Below, piece after piece: positions 13,001 to 24,990 of a DNA stretch of 64,000 bases. A program made the translations under genes and the position numbers. Positions within the stretch are counted from its first letter, which is position 1. Each line of letters begins with the position of its first letter. Origin of the DNA: Trichinella spiralis (lineage: Eukaryota); the NCBI RefSeq assembly GCF_000181795.1, contig NW_003526948.1:1534206-1598205 (forward strand), written 5' to 3'. Under the pieces are notes generated by a model that was given only the letters and a program-made list of their open reading frames with translations, did not search any database and had not been told where the DNA came from.

Positions 13001-16000
13001 ATACACTGCCAACTGGTGACTGATAAATTTATCATCACAGTAGCAACTGTTCACTTAATTTTTACAATATCTAACTATTTCAGTTTAGCAAATTGACGGT
13101 AAAACACCAAATAACAGCAACAAAATCAAAAGTCACAAAAACAAGGAAATAAATAAAAATAATGCCTAAAAATTGAAAATACATTTTAACGATTCACATT
13201 TTCAAAATCCCATCCTCCGGGAAAATCGCATCACTATTATTGTGATATTTCCAAATTCTGAACCAATAAAAAAATCACACTATCCAACATAATAAATAAA
13301 TAGCAACACATTATTTGTATATGTCAAAAATTTGATTAGAATTGAAATAAACAAATCTTAGTTATCTTAAGTTTAAATATAATATTTTCCAAAAAATGAA
13401 ATGAAGTAATAAAAATATTACAATTACAGAATGCGATACTTCTTGCATTTTTCTTTACAGTTAAAAAGGATTAATTCCATCCATCTTATTATCAGATCAC
13501 AATGGTGGATGGCATTTAATTTGAAGAAGAAGTTTTCACTTGCTTTAAAATACTTCTCTTTAACGACCTTTTCAACATTATTCAACAAACTTATCACCTC
13601 TATATAATGTTCAATAGTTGAACACGAAAAATCGCTGACAACAGAAAATGCCAGACAAACTGATTGCACTTGTAAATCAATAATTATTGACAACTGATAT
13701 AATAAAGATCAAGAAGAAAGAAATTTATTGTCCAAAAGTTCAAAAGACACCTTTCCTCTACCTTTTATTGTCGCATCAATTATTAAAATCTCTCTCCCTC
13801 TTTCTCTCTACAAAATCTTGCCCTGTTCACATTCATAAGTCATCTTTTACATCAATTTTCATCAAATCAGATGTATTTTATCGATTATTGATTTATAAAA
13901 TCAAAAAAAGTAAAATTCTTCCGTTCTTTTAAATAAAATTTCCAAATGCGGACCAGGCCAGTGTTAATAAAAATGAATACAAATATTTAATGATAGAAAA
14001 GAGAAAAAATTAACCACTAAAAACCCTATTCACGTAAAGCAGAGAATAAGATTTAATGATATCTGAAGTGCAAAAAAATGAATAAAGAAATAAAAATTAG
14101 AACAATTTTGGACATTTCAACAAGTGTTAAGATGCTGAAGAAATTTTCACATTGCACAAGTCTATTGTTAAAAGCGCCTAATTCAAAAGTTCCAATCTGT
14201 CACGCAAGCAATGCAGAGAAACTATGCGCATAATTATAAATATAAAAAGTGAACAAAATTCTTTATCAAAAAAACATATTAATGTTGATAACAGAAAACA
14301 AAACCAACTGAACAGTATGAATGAAGAAAAAAAACTGAAAATAGAAAAAGTTCGTTAATAATCAAATTACTGTGTTATATATGAAGATATAAATTTACTT
14401 ATTTATACAAATATACGCTTCATTCATCTGCTATTCTGGTAAGTGAATTTAAAAATCACGCTTCACATTTGTCAATGCTAATAATAAACGCAACAAATAT
14501 AATCTATTTGTACATTTTTTAAAGATTTTTCTTTTCTTTCTTACTTCGACCAGAATCACTGCTACACACACTCACTACTTCTACTGCTACTGCTAGTAGT
14601 AGTAGTAGTATTACAACAACTACTGCTGTTGCTGCTACTATCATTATTGTTTCCATTATCAATATTTGATTATTAATTTTTTTAAAATCATTTTTAAACT
14701 TTTCCATTGATAAGATGAGAATTAACAATATGCCAATTTCCGTTGCATGAATTGTTCATTCAATCATAAAACTTATTTTCCGATTGTAAATTGAAGTTCA
14801 GAAATGTATTTTTTTCAATTAAAAAAATTTCAAAAGTAAAATAATTAGATACAATCAAAGGGGACATACCTGTACGGAATATGTGAAGAAAATGAACCGT
14901 TGAATGATCAGAAAATATTGAAAGTTGAAAATAATAAAAAGAAGAAAGTCGTCGTTTGAAAATAAAAATAAAATGTAGCGAAATATAAAAAAATTTCACT
15001 TATTAATGAATGCTGCAAAAAATTTTTGCCTGTTTGCAAATATGCTCACACGTCATTAAAAAGGAGCAAATGAAAGCACAAATAAACAAACTATTCACAC
15101 CATATGATTGAAAGAGGTAAAAAATGAAAAATGAGTATAAAATAATAATAATAATCAAAAAAATAAATGCGAAAACTGATTACAAAGTGAAAATTTTTTA
15201 AAAGTTGAGAAATTCATAAACACAAATTATTCAAAGCAAAATGCTAACCTTAAAAAAAGCGTCAAACATAATCGACACGCTGGCAACAACTGACAATAAT
15301 TCTTCTCTTACCTATATAACTTGCGGATCAAACAAAAATAACTCCCTCTCAATCATGTTAAAATGTGCCACTTTATATTATAATATGACAAAAATTCATA
15401 TCATACTTTTACAACATGCTTTTTATCATGTTCAACAAGGTTCTCAAATTCTGAATGCTACTTTTTTAATTGTTCAATCTCCTTATTATTACTATTATTA
15501 AATTATCGACGAAATTATTTCAAAACAAAAAAATCATTACTGAAATACTAGATGAAGTAATATGAAATTTAATATTAGCTAAAAAGCAATCTAATTTGCA
15601 ATTCACTTTCACCATTTACAATATCCTGAGTATGATAAACAGGATAAACTTATATTTTGGCTAAATAAATACATAAATTAGCATCTACAATCCTCATCAC
15701 ATGCATGACGGTGGTGAAATGACCAAACAATTTATAATTCAAAACTCTGTCCACCTTTATATACAATATAGAGAATTTGAATGGATATAATTATTACTGA
15801 AATTGAAAATTTGTGAAATTATAATATACATATATATATATATAACACGAATTTAACAAATTTTATCAAATTCTACAAACAAACTTATAAGATTGTGATG
15901 AATTTGTAATAATCGTGCATTTCTATAACCATTTTGTAAAAATAATTACAGATGAGAAATAAAATTTGAACAATAGCAACAAATTTTCAACTGGGAATCA

Positions 16001-17399
16001 TTGGAAATATTGCTCTTTTGTCAATCAGAGAAAGAGAGATGAAAATGACTGCGCTACTATGAAAAAATAACTTTAAAATAATAATAATAAACTTTCTTCT
16101 TCAATTATTATTTTAATATCTAAAAGCGGATGTATTTTTTATTATTTTGACTTTGACAGTGAGTGAGTGGGGAGAATGCCAGTAGAAGGAAATAAATAAA
16201 TGATCGACAGACTGATTTGCTAAAAGTTTGCTAATAAATCAACAACAATCTCATCATATTGAACCAACAACCAAATCTAAAATGGTCATAGAAAAAAAAT
16301 AACTGGCATTTGTTCCGCACACTCAATAATGATAATAATAATAATAATGATGATGATGATGATAATACTTTTGGTGGCTGTTGTAGTCAGCGCTTGCCAA
16401 TTTTGAACAACAATTCCCGTAAGAGCATTTAGCTGTTCCCAATTGGTAAATATTACTTTTCTTCAAACAGATATAAACAAACTATTCAAAACCAACACTT
16501 TATCATTAAATCAGTGAATACAAGAAAAATGAACAAATTTCACTTTAAAATTCTTATTGAAAAATATCGAATTTATTAAGAAAAAGCTTTGATTAACAAA
16601 AAAGAAATATAATTCAATTAGTGAATAATTCATTTATAATATCTTTTTAAAAATTTAATAATTTACTCAACTAATAAAGAGAGAGAGAGAGAGAGAGAGG
16701 GTGAGAGGGAGAAAAACGATCAACACTGCGAACCAGCACTTATTGCAGAGCTCTTAAAAATTTTAAATAGAACAAGAGAATGTTCTCGAGGAATTTTTAT
16801 CAACTAATAATTTCCCCTGACGTCAGCATTCAATTGCTTATCTAAAGGTCGTCGCTTGGCCATCAGAAAACAAGCGAGGCTTTTCCTTCTTTTCCAAAGC
16901 GACATCTCTCCCCCAATTATTAAAATCTACAAACTGAGAACAAAAATACGATCAAAGAGTGATGGATCGTCTTGAGAGCAAAAATCACTGCCGAGACAAC
17001 GTTATTCGTCGTCCACTGGCCAAATAAAAACCACCGAAAATTCACAATGACAAATCTGTTCTTGGTTCGATTTGAAGAAACGATAAAACAAGCACTCAAT
17101 AATTACTCATCAAGAATGAATCAAATGCCCACTGCACATCTCGGCTCCATAATGGCCAGTCAAATCACAAGAGAACAAAATCTCAATCGGCCAATCACAT
17201 TTTCCACTGTCAATCAAATTCACACTGGCCAGAGAGATCTAGGCCGGAAAGTTGAAAAATCACACGCTATTTACTGGTGAAAAAAGTACAAGTAAATTTC
17301 TTTGAAATAATAATCAAACTTCAACTTCCTCCTCTGTGTGAACTCAAAAATTTCGAATATCAAATAAAAAATAGACAATATCAAAAGAAAAAGAAACAC

Positions 17400-17436
<37 letters not shown>

Positions 17437-20400
17437 TAAACATACCCCTGTGCAGTACCTGTATATTTGCAATCATTGCACTTTTTCAATTAGAATTAAA
17501 TTTTCATCAGATTAAAAATTTTATTTTTGAAATAATCGTCAAGTTTGCACGAAAGTTATTCCCTAAATTTCAACAGTAACAACTGAAACTGGCGCAACCC
17601 CTCTACAATCAATCCCCCTCAACGGATTCTAGTCCACTGAAGAAAACATTCCATTCGTTCGTCGTTCAAAAAACAATCAAACTCTGCACTCTTTTGGATG
17701 AAATTTCAGTTCAATTCAATATTTGAAAAAAAACGTAAAAAATAAAAACTGCCACAAAAATAATTATTCTACGGATAAAATTCAAAAATTTTACTTTACA
17801 AATCATCCTACAGTAAGATGATGTTTTCAGGAGAACGGTAGAAGCGTCGTTGATTATCAATCAAAGTCTCATTATTAGTGCAAGTGAAGTTTGAAAAAAT
17901 CAAAAAACAAAAAAAATTAACTTTTCGAAATCTCGAATGAGAATGTTTTCCTTTTTTCTCGGTTTTTTAAAAATTTTATTTCAAACCCACAATATATAGA
18001 ATTTCAATTGTCAATTTGAAGAACTAACTAACTCATCTTTTGAACATTATCGGCAAAGCGGTCGATTGCAATTGCAATTGCTTGCACATTGACAAATAAA
18101 CAAAAAAATAAAATAAATTCTCACACGACGACTACATGATTCAAAAAATTATCACTAACAACCCTTTCCACATCCACTTATGAAATTTATCCGTATATAT
18201 ATAGATATATTGTGAACATCTTCTTCTTCTTTTCAAACAGAAATAACACATTCAATTAAATTGATATCAAAAATATATAAAATGGTCAACTTTGTATAAA
18301 TACATTTGATACAAGGATTAAACAGTGCAATCTCGAGTGATGCGAACTTATCATATGAATGGAAAATAACAACAGTTCACTGATTTAATTTTTATTTCAT
18401 ATTATTTCAATTTTAAATATTATTGCACATCTTACATTACATTTCACTAATTTTCTACCTGCATAACAAAATGGAAAAACCGAAATAGAAACAGGGTACA
18501 AAAATTCAATCTTCGTTGAATCTATATTATTAATATTAAATTGCAAAAATAAAACCAAATACAAAAAAAGAAAGAAATTCCAAAAAGTAAAAAGGAAGAA
18601 AAAAATAGAAAAAAATTCAACTCACGCCATCTTGAAATCTCTCAATGTAAGCATGAAATTATTGCTCTGGCCAAAGATGCGCAGCAATGAAAATTAAAGC
18701 AACGATGGCTATCTATTATTCCGCGCAAATGGAAAGTATAAAATATGACGCCAGTAAGCAGATGTAATCGGTCCAAGACAGAGATAGACTGGTGGAAAAT
18801 GCACTGCTGGCAAGCTGATCAATAACTATGACGCCGAAGAAAATATTACTCAATAATACATACATGTATATATATATAGATATATAGATATAGATAGATA
18901 TGCATGTATGCGTAACTTGGAAATGACCAATCGAAATGAAACCTTTCATTGGCTCATTAAAATTTTAGTTTCAACAAATCAAAAAAATGATAATCTTCAA
19001 AAAATCCTACAAAAATACACTGAACAAGAAATAAATCAGAAAATATCTTTCCAAATTATGCAAAAAGATTATTCCAGTAAATTCTATTTATTCAACAACT
19101 GCTTAGTAAACTAAAAAACTAACCAGTGCATTTAATGAATAAATAAATTTGTCAAAAATATTTTAAAATATAAAATTTTCCTTTTTAAAGTCACTTGATA
19201 AAAGAAACAAACCTGTAATTTAAATACTGAAATGAAATCAACAACATGCTCGGCATGATGATGATGATGATAACAGATAATGATGAAGAAAAATTAAAAT
19301 GAAAAAGAAATTTTTAAAATGCTCGCCATCATTCAGAGTTAAAGTGAAACAGTAAAACTGCATATTCATAACTTCCTAACGTGTTCTTAAGCTTTACCAA
19401 AACTTCCTTATTTACAACATGAACAAAAAAGAAGAATAAAAATAAAAAGACCTAATTTGCAATTGTCACTGTCAAATTAAAAAAATATTATTTCATGTAG
19501 CAATTTAATGCTCATCAAAAAGAAGAAAATTGATTAAAACATCTACAAATAAGTTATTTCAATTAGTGCAATCAAAATATGTTTTTCTTCAAGTTATCAT
19601 AAATAATTGCTTCTTCCTTACATACTGTAATTCAAAATTATTATCATAACTTATCAAAAGTACAGAAAGCAAATGTTCATAGTATCTTGGACGCTTGTAT
19701 TTCCAAAATACAGTGAAGTGACAAAAATTCACATTAAAAATTGCGATTGAAAAGTATTATTTTTAAATTAAACAACAATTTCACTTAAATTGATTAATAT
19801 TTTACTTTGTTATTTGTAAAATTCATTTCCATTCTTCAATATGCAGACTGCGCAATTGAAAATGCTATAATAATATATGCATAATGACTTACAGTAAATT
19901 GTCCTGCAAAAATTGTATACATTGGAAATTGAACATTTCAAATTTCAAACAGTTCACACAACACAATTAGTTGTGAAATATCGAAACTGACGCAAGTAAA
20001 TTTTAAATGCCATCATAATTAAGTTCTATGAAAATGCCGAGTGCAATTAATTCTCACACTTGAAATTGTCATTAAAAGAGAAATTTACAAATTCATAAAA
20101 AGTTACTAGTTAAAGAAAAAAAAAGCACATTCATCAATTCACAACAATTTATAACTATAATTTAAAAATATTTTAAAATTTACTTAAAAAATTAACCATA
20201 TTTAAACACATATACACATAAAAAAACAAATACAAAAAAAAACTTATTCAGGATGAACAACATGTTTAACATTTTAATTTGATTTAATTAAACAGAAAAA
20301 TATGAGCACTGCGTGTGCAAGAGATGTGGTCATTTGAAGCTGAATAGAAAAGTAACATTACGTTTGAGTTGTACATGAATGCAATTAGAAGGAACTCTTT

Positions 20401-23400
20401 CAATTTGAAAGGCAATTCTTGGAAAGGAAAAAGAAATATAATTCTCATTATTTTATGTTTAAAAAAGTTGTTTAAATATTCACTGAATGATCCAAAGCTA
20501 TTTCTATGTTTCATAATAATAATTTCATCGTTCAATCTATATACATAAATATACATATTTAAATAATAAATTTATATATAATGCATTTTTGCAGTTGGAT
20601 TAACAAGCTGCCTTATCAGAATATGCTTTTCTCTCTCTAGAGATAAATAACAGTAATAAGAATAAAGAAACAGTCTGTGTATGGAAATGCGTGAATGTGT
20701 GTATGTGTGTGTGTGTGATCATTGAAGAATTAATAGTTCACTTCTGGGCAACAACAAGTAATTAACTTTTGAAACGATGCAGATGTAGCAAAGGAAATTC
20801 ACTTCAGATAAAAACTACTGCACAACATCAGATGCATATATATATATATATATATTGTATATAAAGTAACTGTTAAGTATGTAAGTGTATATATAAATAT
20901 AGGCAACAAGGTTGTTAAAATGAATGCTTGAATATGAAAAAATAAACTGAATAATAATCACCGGATCTAGAAGATTTTAAATCTGTAGCGTGGATTTTTA
21001 TGAAATATAAACAGTATAAATTTAAATAAAATAAAAAGAAATCCAAATGTATTTCTAAACTGGTAAAGAATTTACCAATTATGTATATATATATATGTGT
21101 GTGTATGCGTGTTCGGGTTGATTGGACAGAGCAGAGTTGGTTGAAATATTTAATAAGGATAAAGAAATACAAATGCAAAAATGCTAGCCTATATGGGATG
21201 TGCCAACGAAAGATGAGAATAATGAAAGGTAATTTTGCGTGTCAAATAGTCTGCCTCAAACGTTGGCAAGCACGCAACCAACTCTAACAAGTGATAAAGC
21301 ACATCGTCAACTAAAGCAAACAAAAGCCAAAGCCTCGAAGAGCTTCAAATAAGCACAACTGGGAAATCAATACAAAAAACTGCATTCTTTTTACTAACAA
21401 ATATAAAAAGGCATAAAGCCTTTCAAAAAAATACACATACACACATGCAAAGACGTATAATTTCTTTGATTAAACAATATTTCCAATAACCATAAATATT
21501 GAATACATAAACCTTTTTTTTAAAAAGGAAAGGGAAGTTTCTTTCAAAGAATGAATATGAACATACAATTAGCAATACAAATTCAAAAGTTGTCTATTCG
21601 CATGAGTCAGTGAAATATTCAAATTACGTCAAAATCTATTTGAGAGCACTTTCAAAAATAGTCACCAGCAGAATGACAAAAAAATAAAGACTAATTAAGC
21701 CAACCGATCATCAGAACTATATGAACGTTTCGAATTCACTACCATTTTTCCCTTGCTTTCTCAACCATTCTCATTACATAACTGACCATAAATTAAAATT
21801 GCAGTGAAATTAAATTAGTTTTTTTCATTGAAAATTTGCAATAAATTATATAATAAATAAACTTACAATCATAAATGTAACAATAAACTGTATTACTATT
21901 TCACATATAAGTAAACGTTATGCAACAGTTATATATAATATGAACGATGAACCAACTAAATATATTACTAATGTAAAGATCAATACAGACAATGAAGCAA
22001 ATTTTTATAAACAAATGATCTAGCCTGTAAAATTTTTTACACAAATTTTTCTGCATAGTAAAAATTTCTCTTATAAAGAATAACAATTCAAGCAGAAAAG
22101 TGTATTCTTTTCAGAATGTCTACAATAACAACGTACAAAAAATACATGCAAAATTTCCGTTTTTTCTTTGAAATAAATATGCAATTGGTCAACAAACCAT
22201 TTTTTCCTTTCTATATAAAAGTAATGCCTGACGACAAAACAATAAATACACTGAGAAGAATACAAACTCATCTATAAAGAAAAGTCAAACTGAATACCTG
22301 TCAAATGTGAATTAATATTAATATACTCTTGTATAATTGATTTCAGAACAAAATATTGTAAACCAAAAAATAATCACTGCATACAATATTCAGTTTATTT
22401 CCTCTATCACACACCAAAACACACGCTAGCTTTAAAAAAAGCGCCAAATTACAAAACACCCATTACGAACTACATTTTTAACTTTGTCGTATTAATAAAT
22501 TAATCCCATAAAAGACAAACAAATACAGAACTTAAACTACACTGCATCAAAAGCTGAACAGCGAAATGCTCGATAAACCAGTGCTATATACATGTATATA
22601 TACTTCAGTATGTAAAAAAAATTGCAAGCTTACCACGTCCAGGCTTTGTTCGAAACTGACTAACAATGTGAAATTTGTTCAACTTTCCATGAGGATCTTG
22701 TGGACCTGACAGTACACATTTGGCGCCGGTGCGAAAAATATCATCGGCGTGCATTGGTCGTGAGCTGTTCATTACGCTGTTTTCAGCTTCATTAACTGAG
22801 AAAATGGACGCATCACCACCTACAAAAATTCAGTTTAATCATGAAGAATAATAAGTAAATAAACAAATAAATGCTATCTATACATGGAGTGTGACTTGCA
22901 CAAAAGTGAAATTTTACACCATCAATCAAACCAATTTTTGAATCGACAAGATAAAAATATTTTGAAACTAAACCAGAATAAACATTTTGGAATTCTTCAA
23001 ATAAAAATCTAAAATCAATACAAAGTAATTATTATACATAATTGGTAAATTTGTTGTACATTTTAAATTTTCAGATAGAAAAAATGCTATTCATACCCAA
23101 CAAATCCACGTCTTGCGAGCACTTCGGCATGGCTGTCATTGATACTGTAACCTAAATGGAAATTTCATTGCATTTACCATACTTAAAATTAGTTGCATAA
23201 ACAGCAAAAAGCGCAGTACCATTTTTATCCAGTTGTGATGCTCCTAAACACTTCGTTCCCATCCCGAATGACAAAACTTCAACAGATTCTAAAATAAACA
23301 ACGTTTTCAACAATGAATTTATGAAGTAAAAAATATAATACGTGCTGTTACTATTGGACAATACCTTTACTGAAAAAAATTCCAAACAATTTTCATTACT

Positions 23401-24079
23401 GCAATAGCAGTTGTTCAATAGGGAAACTATCAGAGTTTTTAAAATAATAATACAGTTGCATATGAACAATAAATGAAGTAAATGAGACGTTAAATTGAAA
23501 GCAATAACAGTGTATTGCTGCGTACAAAAGTATACAAAATTGTGCCTGAGAAACGAATGCATGGTGATAAGCTGCAGGGAAAAAGATCCACCTAGTCGAA
23601 TGTACAGTGTTCGTCAATTATCATCTTTTCCATGTATAAATGCGTTTATTAAATCTGTTTACTACAAATTACAGTCTACAGCCGCGTCCTGGTTTGTGAA
23701 AAATGAAAATAAGAAGAACATGTCGCCACTGAATGAAAACCACGAATCAGCTGTACAAAATTAACACTAAACAGTTCGCATTAGCTCGGCGAGATGAGTC
23801 CTGCTGCTGAAACGTTACAACAGAACTGCATATTGTTACAGATAAATGAAGTTACGTGAAAAATAATGGCAAGTTTTTTAAACTGAGCATTGAAACTTTT
23901 GAAGTTTCATAATGCAAATCAAAAATATAACTTTCAGTCTTAAACTTAGAGAATATACCGTCTGGAAAAGATGCGCAAATTGAAGCGAAATGAGTCCATT
24001 CGTCTTCATATTTTGGAAGTCCACTTTGTCCAAATAATTTCAGATGATTTAGGGCAGCTGTAAATATTTTCGATTCCAT
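7072..24079 (-). CDS. ADAT1: tRNA-specific adenosine deaminase 1 (A37-to-I37 in tRNA-Ala); 8 exons, ~410 aa
   Basis: Phase-consistent GT-AG exons: 24079-23959, 23288-23220, 23151-23097, 23008-22884, 22819-22634, 8164-8038, 7927-7734, 7427-7072 (1233 nt). The translation carries the ADAT1 motifs [86 protein letters not shown] and DGYLQGSTK. No dsRBD is present, which favours ADAT1 over ADAR. Confidence 0.92.
11528..11600. repeat. Compound microsatellite (CA)n(TA)n
   Basis: Read directly from the sequence. Confidence 0.9.
16678..16711. repeat. (GA)n microsatellite
   Basis: Read directly from the sequence. Confidence 0.9.
16817..16826. promoter_or_regulatory. Full palindromic CRE (cTGACGTCAg) in ADAT1 intron 5
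   Basis: Perfect TGACGTCA at 16818-16825, near a (GA)n tract (~16678-16711), a GGCCAATCA box (17189-17197) and four TGGCCA palindromes. Confidence 0.4.
17397..17438. repeat. (CACATA)n hexamer microsatellite
   Basis: About seven tandem copies; source of the spurious HIHIHI and VYVYVY ORFs. Confidence 0.9.
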
Positions 24080-24788
24080 TGTTTAAATTTCCGCTTCTGG
24101 CAACATAACGTTTCTTACGGTAAGTATTGATTTTCAGGTAGAAGGATATGCTTGCTTCACCAGTTGTGTGTGCTTCAAGTTAAAAAAATTTATTTCCTAC
24201 ATATTTGTTTGTCAGCATACTTTTCAATGCACGAAATTGCACGTTTCCTTTCATCTTAGTTATTGGCTTTTTATAAATTGGCAATCTTTGAAGAACAAAT
24301 TCATTTCAACATCAGCCAAAGCTGCGTGTCAGACGGTGCAACTGTTAAATTAAGATGACACATACCAATTTCAATTATCATTCTTTAAATGCTTCTACTG
24401 CGGACTAAGAACAATTTAATTTAATTTAATTTAATTAGCAGCAAACTTTAACCAGGCACAAATCTTTACATAAACATATCTTCTATACATATTGAATATT
24501 GAATAAGAATATATTGATAACAATAGCAAAAAAATATGATGATAAAATAATGAATTGTGAAATAAATATAAAGGTAGTTTAAAGCATCAATCATTAGTTG
24601 GCTTTATTTAAAAACAGAAAAACATGCAGAACAATAAAAAAGGCACGTTTCCAATGAAACATTATTGAAACGACTAAATACTTTCTGACCGGAAAAAATA
24701 AGATCTCTCATTCACAGGTCAGTGAAAACAATGCAAAAATAGAAACAATGAAATCAAACAAAAATAGATGTCTAAAGATCTATTTTAC

Positions 24789-24820
<32 letters not shown>

Positions 24821-24990
24821 TTTGGACATATCAGCACCATTTCACAGTTTTGGAAATGGAAAACGATAACTTGCATCATTGCATAATGACAAAACCAAAA
24901 CTTTGTCAAACGTTGCAGTCGAAAGCTATAAGTGATTTCTCTTCAAAAAGGGAAAATATAAAATAATGCGTTTTAAAACATTCTTTATCA

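Larger units (their letters stand above)
8165..22633 (-). other. ADAT1: ADAT1 intron 5 (14,469 bp) interrupting the deaminase domain
   Basis: Donor CGT G|gtaagc at 22633 and acceptor ttgttag|GC GAG at 8165 join in phase 1 to give [18 protein letters not shown], with no residues missing from the conserved motif. Confidence 0.88.

Noticed and set aside
8784..22271. Possible nested protein-coding gene in the ADAT1 giant intron
   Set aside because: All listed ORFs are low-complexity or repeat-derived. I found no exon chain or known motif on either strand.
15305..22300. Other AG|GT juxtapositions in intron 5 (about 15311, 17458, 19212, 22297)
   Set aside because: Weak pyrimidine tracts, nearby upstream AGs or weak donors; expected by chance.
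23495..23764. Antisense 89-codon ORF and GC-richer patch in ADAT1 intron 1
   Set aside because: Non-ATG start, no homology recognised, and no snoRNA box pair I could support.
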